Positions 40,440-52,300 of a stretch of DNA of 64,000 nucleotides are shown piece by piece. The stretch spans positions 310,001-374,000 of the forward strand of contig NIVC01000532.1 of assembly GCA_002269645.1 (NCBI GenBank), written 5' to 3'. Numbering within the stretch: position 1 is the stretch's first letter; every line of letters begins with the position of its first letter. Both the position numbers and the translations under genes were made by a program. This stretch comes from Macrostomum lignano (Eukaryota). Under the pieces are notes generated by a model. The model was not told where the DNA came from and did no database searches. It was given only the letters and a program-made list of their open reading frames with translations.

Positions 40440-40665
40440 AATGCGTAGCAACGCATAGCAACGCATAGTATTGCATAGTAATGCATAGCAACGCATAGCA
40501 ACGCATAGCAACGCATAGCAACGCATAGCAACGCATAGCAACGCATAGAAATGCATAGCAACGCATAGCAACGCATAGCAACGCATAGCAACGCATAGCA
40601 ACGCATAGCAACGCATAGCAACGCATAGCAACGCATAGCAATTCATAGAAACGCATAGCAAAGCA
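40440..40665. repeat. 10-bp minisatellite filling Tbx2/3 intron 2 (GCATAGCAAC)
   Basis: About 22 copies in a 292-nt intron. Confidence 0.96.
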
Positions 40666-40687
40666 ACAAAACATTTTATCCTCTTAA

Positions 40688-40897
<210 letters not shown>

Positions 40898-40929
40898 TAA
40901 ACTGTTTCAGATGTTAAAATTGTCTCATT

Positions 40930-41295
40930 TGAGATCTTATAGATGCGTCTCAGTTGAAATCTCATAGAGATAGATGCGCCTCATCTGAGATCTCATAGAT
41001 CCGTCTCATTTGAGATTTCAAAGATGCGCCTCATCTGAGATCTCATAGGTGTGTCTTATCTGAGATCTCATAGATGCGTCTCATTTGAGATCTCATAGAT
41101 GCGTCTTAACTGGATCTCGTCGATACGTCTCATCTGAGATCTCATCGATACGTCTCATCTGAGATCTCATCGATGAGTCTCATCTGAGATCTCATCGATA
41201 CGTCTCATCTGAGATCTCATCGATATGTCTCATCTGAGATCTCATCGATACGTCTCATCTGAGATCTCATCGATACGTCTCATCTGAGATCTCAT
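40930..41295. repeat. 25-bp palindrome-rich minisatellite in Tbx2/3 intron 3 (TCTCATCTGAGATCTCATCGATACG)
   Basis: About 14 copies. Confidence 0.92.
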
Positions 41296-41565
41296 CACTT
41301 TATTCGACTTGTATTTTTCACTGCTACCGCTTGGTCATCCGTTCAAAAAATCACATTAAAAATGGTGTTGCTGGACAGTTTAACAAGGTCAGTCCCTGCA
41401 AGCATGGGCGGCACCCTTTGTGCGCCCCATGAAACTGAACTCCGTGCTCCGCAAACAAATCTGCACAAACTTGCCTAAAAAATTTAAATGTAAAGGGAAA
41501 AACTCAGACCTCAGCTGCGGCAGCTTTGGCCTCTGGCGCCACTGAAAAAGCAGACAGCCAGGCAC

Positions 41566-41596
<31 letters not shown>

Positions 41597-42837
41597 CTCT
41601 GTCTGCTGCCCAATCTTAGGCATTTTGGCCGTAACGCGATATACGTTTATGAAGGAGTTGATGCGTTCGTTGGCTGGTTGATGTGTAGCGAGGGCGAATG
41701 CCCTGCAGCAGAATCAAGCAGACTTCATGGACCTCTCCGTCCTCTTCTTCCAAAAAATTAGAAATTCCACAACATGATTGGAAAATATTTGCCCAATTTT
41801 TCTCTTGCCACAACGAGCGCGGTGAGTTCGAAAAGTGTCTGCACAAAAAAGAACAGTTTCCCGAGGGCGCCAAGCTGACTGTTGATCCAAGACTGGGTCG
41901 GGGGCAGCGGTAGCCAGAAGCAGCGCTAGTCAGCTCATGCCGTGGCAGCTCTCTCAGGGTTGAGCAAATATTGTTTTAAGAAATAGAGAATATTATAGAG
42001 AGAGTGACTGACTGAGCGAATCCAGCGGCAGGTTGAAAGCTCAGGAGAATTCGAGACTTTAAGCCCGGATTAATTCCAGTTGACTTTCTCTTCCGCGAAA
42101 TCCAAACGAATAATCCGCCTGCCTCACCTGCGGTTGGTCCATCTGTCAGCAGACATGAGGACATTGTCCGCATCGCCTTGACTGGTCAGACAGGAAGCTG
42201 ACGGAAGCCCCAACTCCCTCCCCATCCCCCCAAGACTGTCTCCATCCCCGAGAGCCTCCTCCGTGCGCCGCCATCGTGAATTATCGACAGGCCCGAAGGC
42301 AGGAAGGAAGTTGTAAATTTAGCCGGGCATGCAACGGGCCATCAGGAGAGGTCGGGACCCGGCCGCAGTTGGCTGCAGAACTGCCCCAAGCTGCTACTGA
42401 GGAATGCGCGATCCCCGCCCAGTTGGAGAGGAAAACTGGGACCTCCCTTCCCACCCCCCTTAAGCCCCTTCTCGCTCTCTCATCTTAGGAGAGCTGCCGC
42501 CGCCACCGCCGCCGCCGCTGCCGCCGCTGCCCGGCTTCAAAGAAAAAAATTTGCTGCCAAGCCTAATCAGACCTGACTGCTCGCCTCATCCTCGCTTCCT
42601 GTTCCTCTTCAGTCTCTCCCATTTTCTCCTCTTTCTATCCTCTTCCCTCACCGCAGCAGGGGGCCACAGTGGCCTTCTCCAAAAGACCCCTCACAGGCGC
42701 CTCTAGCACCGAATGCATTCGACAACGGTCGAATTTTTCGACAATTTTTGCTTTCACCGCAGCCGCTGCGCGCATTCTTTCCAATCGCTGAATTGGGCGC
42801 TCGTTAAAAGCTAAGAAAGAGTGCTGCGCCTTCCTCT

Positions 42838-44150
42838 GCGCCCCTTCTCTCCGCCCCGTCTCTCCGCCCCTTCTCTCCGCCCCGTCTTTCCGCCCCTTCT
42901 CTCCGCCCCCGTCTTTCCGCCCCTTCTCCTCTCCGCCCCCGTCTTTCCGCCCTTTCTCTCCGCCCCGTCTCTCCGCCCCTTCTCTCCGCCCTTCTCTCCG
43001 CCCCCGTCTTTCCGCCCCTTCTCCTCTCCGCCCCGTCTCTCCGCCCCTTCTCTCCGCCCCGTCTTTCCGCCCTTTCTCTCCGCCCCGTCTCTCCGCCCCT
43101 TCTCTCCGCCCTTCTCTCCGCCCCCGTCTTTCCGCCCCTTCTCCTCTCCGCCCCCGTCTTTCCGCCCTTTCTCTCCGCCCCGTCTCTCCGCCCCTTCTCT
43201 CCGCCCCCGTCTTTCCGCCCCTTCTCCTCTCCGCCCCCGTCTTTCCGCCCTTTCTCTCCGCCCCGTCTCTCCGCCCTTTCTCTCCGCCCCTTCTCTCCGC
43301 CCTTCTCTCCGCCCCCGTCTTTCCGCCCCTTCTCTCCGCCCCGTCTTTCCGCCCTTTCTCTCCGCCCCGTCTCTCCGCCCTTTCTCTCCGCCCCTTCTCT
43401 CCGCCCTTCTCTCCGCCCCTTCTCTCCGCCCCTTCTCTCCGCCCCGTCTCTCCGCCCTTCTCTCCGCCCCTTCTCTCCGCCCTTCTCTCCGCCCCTTCTC
43501 TCCGCCCCTTCTCTCCGCCCCGTCTCTCCGCCCCGTCTCTCCGCCCCTTCTCTCCGCCCCGTCTTTCCGCCCCTTCTCCTCTCCGCCCCCGTCTCTCCGC
43601 CCTTTCTCTCCGCCCCTTCTCTCCGCCCTTCTCTCCGCCCCTTCTCTCCGCCCCTTCTCTCCGCCCCGTCTCTCCGCCCTTCTCTCCGCCCCTTCTCTCC
43701 GCCCTTCTCTCCGCCCCTTCTCTCCGCCCCGTCTCTCCGCCCCTTCTCTCCGCCCCTTCTCTCCGCCCCGTCTCTCCGCCCCTTCTCTCCGCCCTTCTCT
43801 CCGCCCCTTCTCTCCGCCCCTTCTCTCCGCCCCGTCTCTCCGCCCCTTCTCTCCGCCCCTTCTCTCCGCCCCGTCTCTCCGCCCCTTCTCTCCGCCCTTC
43901 TCTCCGCCCCTTCTCTCCGCCCCGTCTCTCCGCCCCGTCTCTCCGCCCCGTCTCTCCGCCCCTTCTCTCCGCCCTTCTCTCCGCCCTTCTCTCCGCCCGT
44001 CTCTCCGCCCCTTCTCTCCGCTCTTTTCTCCGCCCCGTCTCCCCGCTACTTCTCTCCGCCCTTCTCTCCGCCCCCGTCTTTCCGCCCCGTCTTTCCGCCC
44101 CGTCTCTCCGCCCCGTCTTTCCGCCCCGTCTCTCCGCCCCGTCTTTCCGG
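42838..44150. repeat. C-rich 12-14-bp minisatellite in Tbx2/3 intron 3 (TTCTCTCCGCCC[C])
   Basis: 1.3 kb; source of the spurious 465-aa and 456-aa ORFs. Confidence 0.96.
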
Positions 44151-44479
44151 CCCTTTTCTTCCTCTCCCCCTTCAAACGCACAATTGCGTAATGCATGCTA
44201 ATTTTCAACTAAAGCTTCAGCCCACACCCACCAACCCCTGCCAAGTTCTTCATTCTTTCAGTCTTCAATCTTCAATATTTCATCGGAATTTCAATAGCTG
44301 CTGCTGATCACTATCAAAGCGACTGATTACTAAAATAGTCACTTTAAACCGGGGCGCCCCTGATTCAGAAAAATTACGCAATACAAATGCAGACTATAGT
44401 AGTTCGAGTTGAAGTTTGAAGTTTTGAAAATTGAAAATGAAACTGAAAATTGAAGTTTTTTTTCTTAAGCTAAGATTTC

Positions 44480-45348
44480 AGATTGGGGTTTAGCCAATAA
44501 AGCCTTTATTCCATATTGGGGTTTAGCCAATAAACCCTTGATTCCAGTTTGGGGTTTAGCCAATAAACCCTTGATTCTAGTTTGGGGTTTAGCCAATAAA
44601 CCCTTTATTCCATTTTGGGGTTTAGCCAATAAACCCTTGATTCCAGTTTGAGGTTTAGCCAATAAACCCTTGATTCCAGTTTGAGGTTTAGCCAATAAAC
44701 CCTTGATTCCAGTTTGAGGTTTAGCCAATAAACCCTTGATTCCAGTTTGAGGTTTAGCCAATAAACCCTTGATTCCAGTTCTGTGTTTAGCCAATAAACC
44801 CTTGATTTCAGTTTGGGTTTAGCCAATAAACCCTTGATTCCAGTTCTGTGTTTGGCCAACAAACCCATTGATTCCATTTTGGGGTTTAGCCCATAAACCC
44901 TTGATTCCAGTTTGGGGTTTAGCCAATAAACCCTTGATTCCAGTTTGGGGTTTAGCCCATAAACCCTTGATTCCAGTTTGGGGTTTAGCCCATAAACCCT
45001 TAATTCCAGTTTGGGGTTTAGCCCATAAACCCTTGATTCCAGTTTGGGGTTTAGCCCATAAACACTTGATTCCAGTTTGAGGTTTAGCCAATAGACCCTT
45101 GATTCCAATCTGGGGTTTAATCAATAAACCCTTTATTCCATATTGGGGTTTAGCCAATAAACCCTTGATTCCAGTTCTGTGTTTAGCCAATAAACCCTTG
45201 ATTTCAGTTTGGGTTTAGCCAATAAACCCTTGATTCCAGTTCTGGGTTTGGCCAATAAACCCTTGATTCCAGTTCTGGGTTTGGCCAATAAACCCTTGAT
45301 TCCAGTTCTGGGTTTGGCCAAAAAACCCTTGATTCCAGTTCTGGGTTT
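44480..45348. repeat. 33-bp minisatellite in Tbx2/3 intron 3 (TTAGCCAATAAACCCTTGATTCCAGTTTGGGGT)
   Basis: About 26 copies. Confidence 0.95.
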
Positions 45349-45418
45349 TAATCAAACAACCAAGAATTTCGCGGTAACTTTTAATTGAATTCCAACCCAC
45401 TTAACTCAACTATTGCAG

Positions 45419-45645
45419 ACAATCCTGAACTCCATGCACAAGTACCAGCCCCGGTTTCACCTTGTTCGCGCCAACGATATGATGAAGCTGCCGTACGCTT
45501 CGTTCCGATCGTTTGTGTTCAACGAGACCGCCTTCATCGCTGTGACAGCCTATCAGAATGAGAAAATCACCCAATTAAAAATTGATCACAATCCCTTTGC
45601 CAAAGGGTTCAGAGACACTGGTGGAGGCCGCAGCTCTAAGAAAAT
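45419..45645 (+). CDS. tbx2/3: Tbx2/3 exon 4 ([18 protein letters not shown]...[15 protein letters not shown])
   Basis: ttgcag|ACA acceptor and AT|gtacgt donor; end of the T-box. Confidence 0.95.
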
Positions 45646-45669
45646 GTACGTTTCCTGAGCGCTTTTTCT

Positions 45670-46645
45670 TTGATGTGTCAGCTGTTTCTCAGTGATGTGT
45701 CAGCTGTTTCTTAGTGATGTGTCAGCTGTTTCTTAGTGATGTGTCAGCTGTTTCTCAGTGATGTGTCAGCTGTTTCTTAGTGATGTGTCAGCTGTTTCTT
45801 AGTGATGTGTCAGCTGTTTCTTAGTGATGTGTCAGCTGTTTCTTAGTGATGTGTCAGCTGTTTCTTAGTGATGTGTCAGCTGTTTCTTAGTGATGTGTCA
45901 GCTGTTTCTTAGTGGTGTGTCAGCCGTTTCTCAGTGATGTATCAGCTGTTTCTTAGTGATGTGTCAGCTGTTTGTTTCTCAGTGATGTGTCAGCTGTTTC
46001 TCAGTGATGTGTCAGCTGTTTCTTAGTGATGTGTCAGCTGTTTCTTAGTGATGTGTCAGCTGTTTCTTAGTGATGTGTCAGCTGTTTCTCAGTGATGTGT
46101 CAGCTGTTTCTCAGTGATGTGTCAGCTGTTTCTTAGTGATGTGTCAGCTGTTTCTTAGTGATGTGTCAGCTGTTTCTTAGTGATGTGTCAGCTGTTTCTT
46201 AGTGATGTGTCAGCTGTTTCTCAGTGATGTGTCAGCTGTTTCTTAGAGATGTGTCAGCTGTTTGTTTCTCAGTGATGTGTCAGCTGTTTCTCAGTGATGT
46301 GTCAGCTGTTTCTTAGAGATGTGTCAGCTGTTTGTTTCTCAGTGATGTGTCAGCTGTTTGTTTCTCAGTGATGTGTCAGCTGTTTGTTTCTCAGTGATGT
46401 GTCAGCTGTTTGTTTCTCAGTGATGTGTCAGCTGTTTCTTAGTGGTGTGTCAGCCGTTTCTCAGTGATGTGTCAGATTTTTCTCAGTGATGTGTCAGATA
46501 TTTCTTAGTGATGCGTCAGCCGTTTCTCAGAGATGTGTCAGCCGTTTCTCAGTGATGTGTCAGATTTTTCTCAGTGATGTGTCAGATATTTTTCAGTGAT
46601 GTGTCAGCTGTTTCTCAGTGTGTCAGCCGTTTCTCAGTGATGTGC
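45670..46645. repeat. 22-bp minisatellite in Tbx2/3 intron 4 (TGATGTGTCAGCTGTTTCT(T/C)AG)
   Basis: About 43 copies. Confidence 0.96.
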
Positions 46646-46845
46646 CAGTCATAAGTCTCTTGCTAAATAAATGTGCTGACCTCTGAAAAAAACTTGCAAA
46701 ACTACCAGAAAATGTGTCAGCAATCTGTCAGGTTTTGGTTTAGTCAGGATTTCATCTCTGAGTCTCCATTTCGCATCCCTCTAACGCCGAGCCGTTGTCA
46801 TGACAATGCCATAAAAATTGCCGCTCCCATCATCTCCTCATACAG

Positions 46846-47902
46846 GAAGCTGGGCGACTGCCTCATCCCCGGCAGCCAGTCGTCAATGATGGAGCATCGC
46901 AGGGCGCAGTCCAGCTGCCTGAGCGGCGGCCTCCTTCATCACCACCAGCAGCAGCATCGCCAGCAGCAGCGGGGTGCCTACTCTCTCGCCGCCGCCGGAA
47001 CCGACGACGACCCGGACGTCGATAACGATGAAGACACGGACGACAACGACGCCGAAGACTTCGAGGTTGACGCCGATGCCGACGCCGACGCTGCCGCCAG
47101 ATTGTCGAGGCCGGCGACGCCCGAACGTCGTCGTCGGGCCCTGCTGGCGGCCAGTCGGGCCGCCCGGCCGTCGGCGAGATGTCGACAGCGCGGCGCGGCG
47201 TCGCCGAACGCCGTCTCGGCGGCGGCCAGAGCCGGCCCGATGCTGCACGAGCAGCTGCTGCTGCACCAGCCCTGGCTGCACCAGCCTCTGCACCGGCCTG
47301 GCAGCAGCGGCAGGCAGCACCAGCTTCAGCAGCACCTGCAGTACCTGCAGCACCTGCAGTACCTGCAGCACTATCAACGCACTTTAGCAACCAGCGCGCT
47401 GCCACCGCCTCCGCCTCCGCTGACGTCAACCGGATCTTTGTCAACCGGCGGGTCCTTCGCCCTGCCGTCTCCGCCGGTGTTCAACTTTGCGCATCCGCAG
47501 TTGCCACCGCCGCCGCTGCCGCCACCGCCGCCGCCGCCTCCTCCGCCTCCGATGCCGCCAGCCGCCGTTGCCGCAGCCGCCACAGCCGCCGCCGCGGCAG
47601 CAGCAGCCGCCGGAGGGCCGGGCGGGTGGCCGCTGACGGGTCCTCCTTCGAGCTCAGCGGGCGGACAGCAGAGCGGCCAATGGTCCGTGCCGTCGTTTCT
47701 CCGACAATTCTACCGTCAGCTGCCGACGCAGTCGCCGGCATCGACCGTTTCTAAGGGGGATTTCTCCAAGATTGACTCCCTGATTAGCGGCGGTCCCGGC
47801 GAGGAGGCAGAGGTTGACACCGACAGTGGAGTGCCGGCTAAGAGTGAGGAGGCCTCGAGGAGGAGGGCCCAGCTGCCGGCAGCTTCATCATCAGCGAATT
47901 GA
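46846..47902 (+). CDS. tbx2/3: Tbx2/3 exon 5, low-complexity C-terminus
   Basis: ctcctcatacag|G acceptor fits phase 2 (AT|G AAG CTG); frame open to TGA at 47902. The five exons total 1941 nt (646 aa). An extra internal intron cannot be excluded. Confidence 0.8.
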
Positions 47903-48016
47903 GTCCATAGACAATTTTTTAAGTAGAAAAAGCGCATCGTTTTCGAGTCATGCTGTAACAAGTTTAGCTGTCCTCAAGTTTAATGGCAAAATGTTCTTTG
48001 GTTCAGGGGCTGTTTT

Positions 48017-49045
48017 CCCTAAACTTCCCAATCCCTAAACTTCCCAATCCCTAAACTTCCCAATTCCTAAACTTCCCAATCCCTAAACTTCCCAATCCCT
48101 AAACTTCCCAATTCCTAAACTTCCCAATCTCTAAACTTCCCAATCCCTAAACTTCCCAATCCCTAAACTTCCCAATCCCTAAACTTCCCAATCCCTAAAC
48201 TTCCCAATCGCTATACTTCCCAATCCCTAAACTTCCCAATCCCTAAACTTCCCAATCCCTAAACTTCCCAATCGCTAAACTTCCCAATCCCTAAACTTCC
48301 CAATCCCTAAACTTCCCAATCCCTAAACTTCCCAATCCCTAAACTTCCCAATCCCTAAACTTCCCAATCCCTAAACTTCCCAATCCCTAAACTTCCCAAT
48401 TCCTAAACTTCCCAATCCCTAAACTTCCCAATCCCTAAACTTCCCAATCCCTAAACTTCCCAATCCCTAAACTTCCCAATCCCTAAACTTCCCAATCCCT
48501 AAACTTCCCAATCCCTAAACTTCCCAATCCCTAAACTTCCCAATCCCTAAACTTCCCAATCCCTAAACTTCCCAATCCCTAAACTTCCCAATCCCTAAAC
48601 TTCCCAATCCCTAAACTTCCCAATCCCTAAACTTCCCAATCCCTAAACTTCCCAATCGCTAAACTTCCCAATCCCTAAACTTCCCAATCCCTAAACTTCC
48701 CAATCCCTAAACTTCCCAATCGCTAAACTTCCCAATCCCTAAACTTCCCAATCCCTAAACTTCCCAATACCTAAACTTCCCAATCCCTAAACTTCCCAAT
48801 CCCTAAACTTCCCAATCCCTAAACTTCCCAATCCCTAAACTTCCCAATCCCTAAACTTCCCAATCGCTAAACTTCCCAATCCCTAAACTTCCCAATCCCT
48901 AAACTTCCCAATCCCTAAACTTCCCAATCCCTAAACTTCCCAATCCCTAAACTTCCCAATCCCTAAACTTCCCAATCCCTAAACTTCCCAATTCCTAAAC
49001 TTCCCAATCCCTAAACTTCCCAATCCCTTACCTTCCCAATCCCTT
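48017..49045. repeat. 16-bp telomere-like minisatellite (CCCTAAACTTCCCAAT)
   Basis: About 63 near-perfect copies starting about 115 nt after the Tbx2/3 stop. Confidence 0.97.
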
Positions 49046-49366
49046 AACTTTCCAAAGCAATACCAAGAAGACACTTTAAGGCCTAACTCGAACAGTTTCC
49101 ACTATCTCACTAATGCACTTTATATAGTTGTCTATTAATGAGATGAGCATGAATGTAATACCCTTAGCAATTTTGGAGTAAATGCAATGAATTGTAGCCA
49201 AACTTTTATTTGTCTGATTAAAAGTCCCTTCTGTCCTGTGTTGTCGTTCTGTGTCAACTCATCTAATATTACAGCGTTAACGCATTTTCGTGTTTATTTG
49301 TTATAAAAGAACTGTGGCGCGATTTTAAACGCGTAATAATTTCATTAAAAAACGCTGCATGCTCTA

Positions 49367-52300
49367 CACTGCTCTAGAAGGGCACCGAGGGTGAAAAAAA
49401 TGTACAGAAGAAAATTTTTGAATTTTTGCACTCAGTGGACTGGCCCTTATACCTGGGTGTAATATAAAAAAAATCTGCCAATTTGCTTCCAGAAAATTGG
49501 CCTTTTCTGCTTTTTCTGCAACAGTCTGCTTTTAGTTGTCAAAAATCTGGAAATTAAAAATGTTGTGCTCAACTTCTTGACTTTTTGGATACGTGGCATT
49601 GATCAAAATGTCACTACACAGTAATGACCTCTTTGATGACTGCTATAAGCTGCCAGGATGTTTCAGCCATAGACAATTTAATAAATTCCATACCTGATGA
49701 TATTTTCATTATGTACGCTCATAATTCACAAGAAATTAGGAAAATGCGCAAATATTAGCCTTATTGCTTTCAAAAAGTTGGCTCTGCCATTTTGCGAAAA
49801 TTCCGCATTTACATGTATTTCAAACAAAGCTATAAATAAAAAAAGTAGGTATATTATCATTATTAATTTGCAAATACTTTTGCTTAAACTGAATGCAAAA
49901 AAATAAAGGAAGCATTTTAAAGAAATAGTATTAGATGATTTAACAGAATTAGAAGGTAAAGTTAGTATAGGTGAATTGAAAGAATATAAAAGCATTGTCA
50001 TTTTTTCATTGCATGTGGCTACCAAGGTGACGCAAGAATTCATCACATATGTCTCGAGTTGTATATGATAGTGCATCGCAGCAGCCGTTGTGGATACTCT
50101 GGATGCGTTAAAGCTGTCCGAAAGCCTCTTGTCCACAGCTGGCCAAAGTCACTATGGACGGACTCGCTCGCCTGTTCGGACCAAAAGCCAAGGCCGCGAT
50201 ATCGAGGCTGCTTCCCATTCTCCATGTGACGGTTTTGGTGCTCAATTTCTGCCTGAAGAAACTCTGGAACATGTGCTAGTAGCGCATGTACCTTTGGACT
50301 AATGTTGATGTCCAAGCTCATATAAGCGCTGGAAAATTCCGAAATGGCTTGCTCAAATCCAGGCAGCAGCTCATTGCCAAAGCACAGTCGCTTTACATTG
50401 CTGAAGCAGCGCATAGAATGGAGAACTGGCATCGAACTGAAAGCACAATGGTCGGTCAGGATCTGCTCAAGGATATCGACTCCTTCAAGTAGCTTGCTGC
50501 ATTCATTACCATTGAATGTTCCACCATGCTGCTTTGAACGGCAGATGTTCAGCTGTCTTGTCCAGGCTGCTGCAGTCACTACGCCACCAGTGTCTGTCGT
50601 CAAGCGTGAATCAAGCTCATCATACAGCCTATTAACGATTCCTAACATTAGATGGAGCTCCATTGGTGGGATCAGCTGTAGAACAGGAACGCTGTCATCT
50701 GCATCCAATAGAGGTTGGTGAACACAGTTTTTGAAGCATGCAGCAGAAATGCTTTGACATCTGCTTTTTTGATCATTTGCCTGCTGGAACTCTGTTGCTA
50801 ATTGTCGAATCCGACCAAGTGTGCGCGAGTTTGCTCCCGAGTTTTGCTGCACGAACTTTGACTTGGGCTGCTCGCACCATGGGCAGGGATGCGTGCTGCT
50901 ACAGGCCTGTAGCCCTAGGATCAAATTCGCCAACTTCATGTCTACGGCACAGATAAATGTTACAGCTTCAAGTCGCAAAAGTGCAAGAACTTTCTTCAGG
51001 TTGTAATAGCTTTCGCAAACATTTTCAACTATGGCTAGCAAGATGAGCTTCTTAACTCCGCTGGCTTGTGGCTCAGAAGATGCTGCACGTTTCTCTACCT
51101 GTGCTTCTGGAAGAGAAACATCAATGATGTTTGCGCAGACTTTTAAAAAACCTCCGCCTCCATCGATTCCGATCTTTACTACAGACTCAGCGGGATTGAT
51201 CTGGCGGTTCTCTATTATTCGAGACAGCAGCAGACCAACATCTGGGCAGTACGCAACGGTGCGCAGCTCTTGTTGGTCTCCCTTAATTTGCAGCGGAAGC
51301 TGTGCAACTTGGAAAAACTCTTGAAGAATGATGTCAATCTCTCGAAGTTTTTGCTCAAGATTTGGCTCAAATGCATTGCGCCCTTGCCATTCGCGTATCT
51401 TCTGCGCTGCCTGCTTAGTTTGCCGCTGGCTTAGCCTTAGATCCCGCTGAAATTGGCTGAACTGCTCTGCAGAAATGGTATCCGCTTCCCTACTATTCAA
51501 AGATTGACGTTTCTGCTGCCCAAAACTTACTGTTAAAGATCTTCCACGAGTTGCCAGCTGGACATTCCTGCTTTCAAAGGGTCCGCTAGAAGCTTCAACC
51601 GTCTTCAGTATGTCTGAAGCCTGGATCTCAGCCCCACGCTTGTCCATTAAGAGCTGCTCAGACAGATTGGCACGCCTTTGTGTAATCGTGCAAGCGTGGC
51701 TCTTTCCTCTGCTAATTTTAGAATGGCAGCGTCCGCAAATGGTGACCGGATTGGCAGACGGCAGTGGGTCCAAACTATCAATCGGCGGGCGCCCGATGGG
51801 ATGCGGTCGATGCTTAGCCGTTCCTAATCCTTGACCAATAGGATTTTCGCGTGCAATCACACAGATTTTGCACTCACATCGAGGACTTTGTCGCGTTAGT
51901 GGTGCTAGCAAGACTGACTTCATATTTAAAGCTGCTGGTAGACAATCTCGGGTCTTAATTCCAACGTCCACATCGTGCAATAAATGTCGGCACCTTGAGC
52001 AGATGGCAGTAGGTAGACGAGCATCTTCAAGATCAGCTTCAAACTGCAGCAGACGACAGATGCGATCAGAGATTTTCTCAGTGATTGGAGAACATGAGCT
52101 ACCTTTTTGAAGCACAGTAGGCAAACTTTGAGCCTGTTTTCATCGTGAGACTTGTGGCTAGCCATTTTGGTGGGTTGATTTATCCATGAACCAAAAACGT
52201 ATATATATATATATATACACAATATTACTTACGCGACTCACCTGGAGTACACTTCACTTGGCTACTCAACAAATTGAAATTCTGATGCAATAAATACACT

